The notes under the pieces: generated by a model
What the model was told of the DNA's origin: nothing
The model's database searches: none
Seen by the model: only the letters and a program-made list of their open reading frames with translations
Position numbers and translations under genes: made by a program
NCBI GenBank assembly: GCA_025201805.1
Contig: MU619241.1
Span: forward strand, 9,370-73,369
DNA length: 64,000 bases
Source: Parasitella parasitica NRRL 2501
Taxonomy: Eukaryota > Fungi > Mucoromycota
Direction: 5' to 3'
Shown here: piece after piece, positions 1 to 10,200 of the stretch
Layout of the letters: every line of letters begins with the position of its first letter
Position numbering within the stretch: position 1 is the stretch's first letter

Positions 1-169
1 ATTGTCACTGTGAATTAGTCTTGTCAATTAGTAATCTAAATAAGTCACCATAAATTTATGTAGTTGTAAAAAGTATAAATAGCAGATGCAATTTCTTCTT
101 AAATAAAATATCTTAAAGTTTTCGTATCTCGTTAACATTTGGTTTTCATTATCTTTATTTTAACCCAAC

Positions 170-650
170 AGTATCCATAGAATACCATGGTTACCACTAT
201 TTCAACTCAGTTGTCATGGCAACCGTTCCTAATCGGATCTAAGGTTAAATGGCATCGATTATTCTATCTAGTAAATAGAAGTATTCAATAGAGTGTCTTG
301 TATAAGAAACCATCTATTTGGGTTCTACTTATTCTACATTGCGAAGCTCAAATTATCGATGAATGATTCACTTTCATAACGATTAGCTGATTAAATATAG
401 AAATAGGTCTTCTTGCTCTGACTACTACTGTGTTATAATCTTGTTTGACAATTAAATGTCAAACATGACCTGATTGTATTTTATAGATTGATTTAGATAG
501 ATTTATTCTAATTTAAATAGACAGCTTCTTGTCAATCAATAAATCAATAGTTCTGTATCTGGTAAACTAAGTCTTTATTACATTCTTATATTTTTATATC
601 ACATACAATCACCTGCTGTGCTCATTTTCAAGACCTGGCAGAACAGGTTA
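170..650 (-). mobile_element. Degenerate copy of a dispersed repeat (non-autonomous element with a Tc1-type terminus)
   Basis: 171-283 (gtatccatagaatacc...gttgtcatggcaaccgttcctaatcggatctaaggttaaat...tctatctagtaaatagaagta) aligns by eye to the reverse complement of 42887-42999. Similarity continues to ~650 vs ~42470 (cacctgctgtg / cacagcaggtg; cagcttct / agaagctg). The first ~85 nt also match 29879-29963. The inner boundary is uncertain. Confidence 0.7.
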
Positions 651-2438
651 CGTATAATCAATGAAGGCTTTTTCACTCTGTTACTCGTTTACAGAGACTT
701 GTAATTGAGCTTATTATCATTCTAACATCTGATTTTTCAAAGCGTTAAGGCTGATCTAAATGTAAAACATACTTTCTAATGTTATAAAATCACTGGAACT
801 CCAAAACTTTTTATTCTCTAATGATGATTCATTTCAACATCCATTTCTAGGGATTACATCCATTTACAGAGTTCTTTTTTGTAATTTTCTTCACTGAATT
901 TATTTCTAACTCGAACTTTATTGCTAATTTGAGTGCTGAAAAATGATAACATGAACTATAATATACTTGCTTGTATAGGTATTTATATTATGTACTATCA
1001 TGAATTAGTTAATTTTTAAAGGCACAGAATCTCTATTACATGCTTTATACATACATATATGTATGTATGTGTGTTTTTATGTTTGTAAATAGGTTTTTTA
1101 AGCTGTGTAATGCCAAAGATGTTGTTTCTTTGGAAGATTCTTTCCTTCTCAAAGTTTAACTGATAACTACTATTCAAAATTGTTTCAAATAAGATTTCGA
1201 AAATTTCAAATAATCTGCATATATTTCATGCCATTAATTTTTTGCCAAATATGATTTTTGCCCAGTGGTTTTGGGTTGGCTGTGTGGGGTAATAATAATT
1301 CCCCAACGCCTAATCATTTTGACTGTGTGCTTAAGTGATCGAACTTCCCACAAAAAAGTAATTGAATGTCATCTCTTACAGAGCTACCTTAGATATTCCA
1401 AATCAAGCTAATAAAAACAGATTACCAAAATATCTAACCATGAAACCGCGAAACGTTTGTAATCGATTAAGAACCAACTAAAAGAAATCGAACCACAAAC
1501 CACATTTGGAACGCATAGACCAATGTAAGGTCTGGTCCATGCATTTCATTTACAAATGTGTCAGAAACATCGATATTAGAATACCGTACTTGATTATGTA
1601 AAATCAAATACAGAAGAACTTGACTGACAGTTACGGCGTAACTGACAGACAGACCGTTTACAACAACGAATATAAATAAAGTAAAAATGTCTAACCTTTG
1701 CACGTTATCCTATTTCAAAAATAAACAAGGAAATAAATTGTATCTATTGTTGTTTTTACACTTTTTTACTACAGACTGTTTTGATACATGAACTATCTTT
1801 TAGAAATGCGCATTTAATGAGGTATATATTTTTAGTTTCTCCACCAATGTAAGAGTAGCAGAAAGAGATACAATATAAGTCGAGCTTTATAATAATATGA
1901 TGGGACAATGTATGTATAGATACTGGATTGTTACATTCTTAGTACAATGCACATTAAAGCTTGTTTTAAACTTAATTATACGATTAGGGTCATCTGAGCA
2001 TCACTTGATTTCCCTTTTGGGGAAGTATCCATAGTTATGTGCTAAAGCAGTTTTCATTTCATACTTTACAGACATTTGCTTGTAACTTTTGCTAAATTAA
2101 TCTTAGAACTCGGAAAATTAGCGCTATCTATTAAAAATACTTTATAAATGAAAAAATCAATATCTATTAAGTTATCAGTAGGAAACAATAATTTTCATAC
2201 AAAAATTAACGAAAATAAAACTTTATTAAATAATCATCATTTGTTTATCCTGCAAAGAAAGGGCCATAACACAATCAATTACAGAGGGTGTGCTATGAAT
2301 CTAATTAATGTCCCCACTAATTGTCACTTGCCCTTTGAGTCAAGGACAAATCAGCTCGACTCATTAGAATTGTGCTAGAAACCTTAGTTATTTAGGAGCT
2401 AATCTTAGTGATGCTACTGACTCGACAAATTTCAACAA

Positions 2439-2720
2439 CTGTATCCAAATCAAAGCCGTTACAGCAACAAGTTGGCGTATAGAATGCTATTTCCAATTAG
2501 CTTTGTGCCAAGTGGGCCAGCCCGCTGCAGACACGAGCTGTCCACCCCCTCAATGGAATAAAGGTCATTTTTCATCGTAGTTCGGGAGGTCGAGATAGCT
2601 CCTATAAGCGTATACAAACTGTACATTTCAAGGCTTTTACTGGATAGCTTATCTGTCAAAAGATCACGTAATATAGACGGCGAGCTGCCGAGCGTTTGTT
2701 TACCTATTAATTGGATGTAG
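2439..2720. mobile_element. Possible MITE-like element
   Basis: Starts ctgtatccaaat and ends aattggatgtag (reverse complement ctacatccaatt), an imperfect terminal inverted repeat resembling the ctgtatccaat terminus at 29879. The interior is GC-richer than its flanks and has no convincing ORF. Confidence 0.35.
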
Positions 2721-3156
2721 AATTAAAAGCGTTTAATATTACATTATACAATATATAATTATATCAGACTTTTTACCATGTAAAGAATTTAATACATCTT
2801 ACTCTGATCAATGTAAGATTAAACACGAATAAGAAGCATCATTATTTGGTTTACATGTAATTGAGTAAAGCAATATTGAAGGTATTTTACTTATTAAGAG
2901 GATTGGCACAGTGAATCTAGTACCATTTCGTATTTTCCATATACTTATAAGCGTATTTATCGTAATGCAGAAACTATCATAACCGTGTACGGTTGTTCAG
3001 AGTATATAGCATATTAGCAGCTATCTAATCAATGCAATTGTCAGACTACACAAAATTTTAGGCTTTATATGAGCATGCTAAGCACTCAATATTATGTCCT
3101 CTACAGTTGAACCAATAATAAAACCAACTTCATTGATAAAACGGTATATATTTGTT

Positions 3157-5123
3157 TTATTTTAAATGACTAGGTGCATTATGAAATAAAGTCTTCCACA
3201 TGTATGCCTCTGACAGTAGTAACTCAACATCCTTTTCTTGCCAGCCTTGTGTAGGCAATTGTTGCAAAAAAATCATTACACCTTGGAAGTCTAATTTTTG
3301 CAATTGGTTTGACCATTTGACTAGAAATGCTGCACAGACATAAACATGGAATTCAGAAAATCCTTCAGACGAACCCTCTGCCAAATAAGTATCCCACATA
3401 CGAATCGTACTGCCAAGTGGTAGCTCACGCATCAACAAGCAGTTCATCCATCTAAAAGCAAATTGAATAAACTCAATACCTTCGTTTTGCAAATGCTGAG
3501 CTAAGCGAGCTGTAACAATGTAGTGTTAGTCAGAATCCAAAGACGAAAACCCGCTGTTTTTACCATCAATTCGAGTAACTAGTTCTTTCAGTGTCGCTAT
3601 TTGTCTCTGGATGCCTGGTTGTGCAAACGTGTAATTGTCTTGGATACCATCTAGCAGCTTCGATAAACACCAGAAACTATCTGCTTCAATCACACCCAAT
3701 ATTTCCTTATCCAGTTTTCCAACATCATACTGCTCAGGATCCTCATCAATGTAAGCAGATAAAAATACTTCAAAAATAGGCGTGACCAAATCATTAATTC
3801 CTTGTACATAGCCACTCGCTGGATGTCTGATTGCCCATTGATACAAGATTCTTTCCAGACACTAATTTTAAAGTAAGTATATAACACGCAAGGCTGATCA
3901 TATTTATCAATACCAGCTGTGTCGCTTCATACTGATACAAAGGAATACCAGGATTTGTTCTAGGTATATCGATATGTATTTGGTGCCATAATGCTTGATC
4001 TAACCCTGCAACTCCTCGAGCATATGTTGCTGTTACACTGTCTGAGTATTCTTTTCTTTTGCGGGCAAGTGTGATTTCTCTTCTTGCTGAATTGCAAGGT
4101 AGATACCCAAGCAGCAATTGCCAGGCCATCATTCTCAATTCTTCGGGTATACCACTCCAGCTTAATGATCTCAATGACACTAAAGGATACTGATCAGACA
4201 TTTACTACAAGAATCATAGAATATCTTTACCCAAGTCCACATTAGATACAGACAGTACTTCCTTAAACTTTCTTGATCTCAAAGGATCTCTGACATCCTT
4301 GACATCAGTCCATTTCAAAAATCGTGTAGGGTCTATAGATTTGAATTATGCATTGTACATTTTCTCACGATAATACGTATGCTTGCCTAGCAGTATATCT
4401 TTGACATGGTCTTTGATTCCATTGGGATTTGTGGATTTTTTCTTTCTTGGAGGTTGAGGTTGAGGTGGAGGATTAGCAGAAGTTGTGGCCGTTAGTAGCA
4501 CAGCTTCCACAGCCTTGGAAGCTTTTGCCAACTTCTCATCGTCACTTGAGCGGCCTGGAGTTTCTCTAATTGAGTGTTTTCCTGGTTCATGTATATCGTC
4601 ACTCCATTCATCATTTGTGTCTTTTAAAAACGCGTTGAAGGATTTCTGTGTTGAAGTGCTTCTTGCATGATTCTTCTTTTTAGAGTGTGTATCAAAGGAT
4701 TTATTCGTAATTTGTTGCTGGTTTTGAGATGATGCTTGACTATTTATTGCTGGATATTGGGAGGGCAACATGACAGGTTTTAGCGATGCATCGTGAAAGG
4801 TGACCAAGCTATTGTATGTGTACCGTGCGCCTATAACTTCTCTTTTGCTGGAGCTATTGTCTTGTGGTATGGTTGAGAAGCTAGGAACAACACTGATACT
4901 AAGTATTTCATTATTAGTATGATTCTATTCTCTTTTTATCGTAGCAAAGACACTCTACCTTCCTGGAAGTTTGAGTCCTCGTCTTTTCCAAAACGACCTG
5001 TTTGGACAAGTTAATAGATAATATCATTAATATCCTTTAGCCTTTATTTACTTTTGAGACTCTATGTAGAATAAAATTAGCCAGCATAGCTTAATTCATG
5101 GTGCTCGACTTACGTTGCTCCAT
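3157..5123 (-). CDS. GYP1: TBC-domain Rab GTPase-activating protein (Gyp1 / TBC1D22-like), multi-exon
   Basis: Exons encode WSGIPEELR..AWQLLLGYLP, QIHIDIPRT (arginine finger), HPASGYVQGINDL (glutamine finger) and FAFRWMNCLLMRE. The 5' exons 5123-5114, 5061-5052 and ~4997-4959 splice to MEQQSQKSFWKRRGLKLPGS. Stop at 3157. Confidence 0.93.
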
Positions 5124-6299
5124 ATTTCAAAAAGTAAGAAAAAAGAGGGGTGAAAAGAGCTAACTATAAATCATGTTTACAAAACCCGATTTCACCATGC
5201 AAAAATGGCTCTTCCAATAATGGTCGATTTAACTGCAACATCTAAAATGATACAGATTTGAGACCAAGCCTGTCAAGATTGTGGCTACGAGTTCATTATC
5301 TTGGTAGCTTTGATTTAAAGCCGTTATCTTCTTGCTTAACCATTTCCTCAGGTGACTAAGTCTGATTCACAAGAACAGAGCTAATGATAGGCTTTTTCTC
5401 CTTTCCTTACGATGTCTTTCCAAATTTTGATCTCCATGATGTGGTAACTAACCTTCGTTAATAACAAATCGTACAACATCTGACAATCTGCTAATAAAAA
5501 CGAAGCATTCTATGGTTTGCGCTTCAGGGATAGAACTATTACTTGCTCAACAGTCGATAATTTTATAACGCATGGTATTGTCTTAGATGAGGCATCTGCT
5601 ATTGCATCATCATATAAAGCTGGTTGCTTAAAGTATGTTGGTCCTGGAGAAACATCAGTTATTAATAATAAAAAACTCAATGAAGACATTTCTGTAAGAG
5701 AAGGAGCCGAAGATCTCTTGGGAAGTGCTGTGCAGTTTGATTCAGATAAAGACATGCAGAATGATTTAATTACTAGCAAAGTTCGAATAGAGGAGAGGTG
5801 TTCGTTGATGGCCGAATCTATTATGGTAATTATCAATATATATAAGATCAAGACTAATCATGTATGATTTCAAGAAATGAATCAAGATTGGATAATATAT
5901 TTTTTTTTCTGCCCATCCAGCATTTTCACCAAATACTTTAACAGATTTAAAATGCATGCATTGTCAGTAATAAGAGCAAATTGATAATTCAAGTACTTGA
6001 TGTTCCAATTCAACAAAGTATAGTAAAGAAATGGGAGGGGGGGGGAATATACCTCTGTTTTTATGACGAAATTCAGTGAAAACAATTCTGCCCATCTTGG
6101 TATACTTGGGTAATGAGAGGCCAAAATTAAAAATAAAGCGTCTAAAAAATACACAGTTTAAGAATTGTCAGCTCTCTAAAAGTATACTAGCCAAAGGCTA
6201 TATTTCCATTCTTTTAAGTTGACATTTACAATGTGTGGCTAAAATTTTCAAAATTTACAAAAATAGAAGAAGCGTACCATAGACAATGGAAGAAAAGCA

Positions 6300-7100
6300 G
6301 TTGTCCAACTACCAAAAGTTGAAGAAGGTTTATGGTCTTATGGACGTAAGCAATAATATTTCACTTTGATTGCATCAGCTGTATCTTGATCGAAATATGT
6401 GAAAAGCTCGATTCATTGGATATGTCCACAATGAAGTTCTGAGATAGACAATAAAAAATGACAACCATCTAAAAACCCATGGATTCAAGCCTTGAATAAC
6501 ATGTACCCAAAATAAACATTTATATTTTCACGGAGATTGTCGTTTGGAGACATCTACGACCATGCGACATGTTGTCATTACTTTTGCTGGTTTGGTTGAT
6601 TCTACTACAGCGGTCGTTCTTGATGTGGCTAAAAGTTAATTATAATCAGTAATGTAATTAGATTTTGGTTTGTAATACCCAACTTTCATATTACCTGTAT
6701 TACTTTCTTGTGAAATTTTAAAATCTTTCAAGGAGCATTGGGCCCCTTTATTTGAGCATCCTTCACAATCCAAATTAGCATTAAAGCCTACCTCGTCTAT
6801 TAAAATACAGCTTTTATACAGCATACGATGAGATTTTCCCTCTTCGGTAGAGCTGTATATTCGTTTCTTCTATCGTTTTTTGAGTAAATCTAGGAAATAT
6901 TCAACTTGGAGACAGTAAAATGCCTCTCATGGAAAGCGCTGTATAGAATAGCTTTATGACATTGTAATTTGGATACATTGAAGGGTGTTTTGATGTTCGC
7001 GCACATGGTGAGTATTGATAAATTGAATATCTTTAGGCAGATCACATCAATTATCAGCAATAGCATGACAAATGCTTTCTCCCACAATGGACGGTCTTTC
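6300..7100 (-). mobile_element. Highly degenerate Tc1/IS630-type transposase remnant
   Basis: The minus strand gives RFTQKTIEE...LYKSCILIDEVGFNANL..EGCSNKG, matching the (N)CVFIDEAGFN...GWSxKG first-aspartate motif of fungal Tc1/IS630 DDE transposases. It is broken by stops and frameshifts, and the boundaries are approximate. Confidence 0.55.
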
Positions 7101-7218
7101 AATCAATTATGTGATTTTCCAGAATTGAGGATGACTAAAAGCAAATATAAATAATTGCGCTTACTTTTTGAACTTGTCTTTTTTTTTTTTCCTTACACTG
7201 TTCTTTTTCAAAAGAAAA

Positions 7219-10200
7219 ATGGCTTCAAATAACAAGCAAGCCAAGAGACGTCTTAAACAACTTGGGGCCACTTTGAACCCGTCTAAAGCAGGATGGTCAG
7301 ATTCTGAGGACGAAGAACTCAGTCATGAAGGTAGATGCACACATTTCTTGTGTAAAATATGCGTGTATATATATTCATTGCAAACTAGTTGGCATCAAAT
7401 CTGTACGTATCGGCGACGTTGTGATGCAAGTCTACCCTGCTGAAAATCCAGAATTGGTTCCTGAAATTCAAGGTGCCTTCTACGAAGGGGCTCAGGTAGG
7501 GTTATTTTACGGTTGGATGATGCCACAGTGCTGCTTATTTACATTTGTGCTCAGGATATGCTGAGACATCTGCGATGGATCATGCAGAAAGACAAGGTAC
7601 GCAGTTTTGATTGTGAACAAGATTACTGAATGTTAATTCGGTTGTGAATAGCTTGGTCAAGACATCTTCTTATTGGGCCCTCCTGGGCCTTTGCGTCGTA
7701 ATCTCATCATGAAATACGCAGAAATGACTCAACGAGAGTAAGCAAAACAAGAAGCATTAATAATGGGGGAGGTGGGGGAGGTGGCGGGTAGCATCCAAAT
7801 TATTCAATTGTTTTTCCTTTTTAGGATTGAATATGTTGCACTATCAAAGGATGTGACAGATGCGGATTTGAAACAACGAAGAGAGCTGCACAACGGCACT
7901 TCATTCTACGTAGATCAGGCAGCTGTCAGGGCTGCAATTCATGGCAGAATTTTGGTCTTGGACGGCATTGAGAAAGCAGAGAGAAACGTATTGCCAATTT
8001 TGAACAATTTGCTGGAAAATCGAGAAATGTCTTTGGATGATGGACGGTTCTTGACAACTAAAGACGTCAAGGACACGGCGGATACAAAGTTCGAAAAAGT
8101 GAGTCCACGATTCTTGGTGTTTGCATTAGGTTGGTTACTTGCACGGCTATTTTGTTGCTGAAAATACAAGTGTTTCTAACACGCTATACGCTTTGAACAT
8201 TAAGGTTTACCTGTACCACCGTATGTCGGATATCCTTTGGATCCGCCGCTTCGTTCCCGATTTCAAAGCAGAGATGTCAAGTCGCCTGAATTCAAGTCGC
8301 AAGTGGACCAAATGCTTAGTCTAATAACCAATAAAAACATATCGAGAGACCTGATTGAAAGATTGATTTCCATCAGCATGGTGCTGGGCGTCCAGAACCA
8401 AAAAAACAGTAACCGCGAGATTGAAGTCCCCGAATTCCCCATGACAATTGAAAGCCTGGCGCATCTACTATCCCTGGTTCCCAACATCCACCCCAGATTC
8501 CTGGTCGATATTTTGTATCCATACGCATTACTGCCAACATGCGATTTGGAGCAGTTGAGTGTCATTGAAGCTGCATTCAGAAGATTTGGCGTCAAGTCCG
8601 CTGTGGTCGAAGCTCACATGGAGGCTCGCCAAACCCCTTCTGGCTATTCTATCGCCAATATTGATCCAATCAAAAGTCAGGACAACATTTCTATCGATGG
8701 ATATCATTACACGCACAAAGCAATTGCATCGTTTGCCTCAGACCAGTTTGGAGCTGTTGGCTTGCCAATTCAATGTGGCCCTTCTCCTTTCAGCCCTGCC
8801 GAGTACTTTATTGAGACGCCCTACCATCGAGAAATCTTCTCTGCCATGGTCTTGCTTCATGCCGGTGGAAAGGATATTTGCCTGGTGGGCACTCATAAAG
8901 GTGTTGGCAAGTCTGCTCTAGTAAGACACTTTGCGCGTAATTTGGGGTATACCATCGACTACATTCCTTTGTATCGCGACATGTCTTCTCGCGATTTGCT
9001 CCAGCGCAGATCTACAACTGCCAAGGGTGATACTGTGTGGGAAAACTCGTTGCTTGTAGAAGCTGCTATTCATGGGCATCTTGCGGTTTTGGATGGCATC
9101 GAGGCTTTGTCTTATGGAACCTTGAATACGCTCCAGCGTCTATGTTCTGATCGTGAAACACAGCTCCCCGATGGCACTCGATTGATCAGTAGCCATCGCT
9201 ATGCCAGACTGATGCGCAAGCAATCGCCTGATACATTAGAAGCCAAACGCCTAATCCCTATCCACCCTTCATTCCGCATCATGGCATTGGCTAGAGCTGG
9301 CACAAGCGGCCAAACTGACACCAAAGCTGGATCTTGGCTTACCGCAGAAATACTGTCCATGTTCCACTTTATTGTTGTTGATTCGCTGCCATCGCATGAG
9401 GAACAGCAAGTGCTTGGAGCTCTGTCACCGGGCGTAGACGAAGGCAAGCTGAGACAGCTGCTTACATTTGCAAGAAGACTTCGCAGAGATAAGGATGACA
9501 CTATTCGCATCCTGTCAAGTGCTTTGTCCACTCGTCAATTGATTCGTATCTGCCGTCGCCTGGCTTACTTTGAAAATGAAAGTTTGTATGTCGCTATTCA
9601 CAAGGCAGCCTTATCTCGCTTTATGCCTACTGTAGCCCGCGAGGCACTTTCTGCTCTTATGATTGCTAATGGAATTTATCCACCAAAGAAAGATCCCAGC
9701 TCCCCCGAGCTCGTAATCCAAGTCCTGCCATCCAGAGACGCTCCAGAACAAATCCGCATCGGCAATGTCACTGAGCCTGTCTTCAAGGGCGGCAATCCCA
9801 TGTTGATCCCTAAAGTTGTGTTCCATGAAAATCCTGCGCACAACGAAATCTTGAAAGAAATGCTCAAAGACTACCAGCTGGGTGACCATTTGCTTCTCAT
9901 CGGTAACCAAGGCGTTGGTAAGAACAAGCTGGCTGATTACTTTTTGCAATTGCTGCAACTGCCTCGTGAATACATTCAGCTGCATCGTGACAGCACTGTG
10001 CAAAGCTTGACCACGACCCCAGCAATTGCCAATGGTGTGTTGACCTACGAGGATTCGGCTCTTGTCAAGGCAGTGCGTGATGGCACCATCTTGGTTGTAG
10101 ATGAGGCTGACAAAGCTCCAACTTATGTAACTGCGGTGCTAAAGAGTTTGGTTGAAGATGGCCAAATGGTGCTGGGCGATGGGCGTCGCATCATCTCAAA

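Noticed and set aside
1-170. LTR-like segment (TATA, AATAAA, ends in CA)
   Set aside because: The following sequence matches a Tc1-type terminus rather than a primer-binding site, and no second LTR or gag-pol is present.
4333-4386. Possible GC-AG intron in Gyp1 (G|gcaagc)
   Set aside because: The phase does not fit the next exon, whereas a nearby GT donor (AC|gtatta) keeps the frame.
5510-5867. Overlapping 113/116-aa ORFs on both strands
   Set aside because: No recognisable domain or splice-supported gene model. It may be decayed TE or pseudogene sequence.
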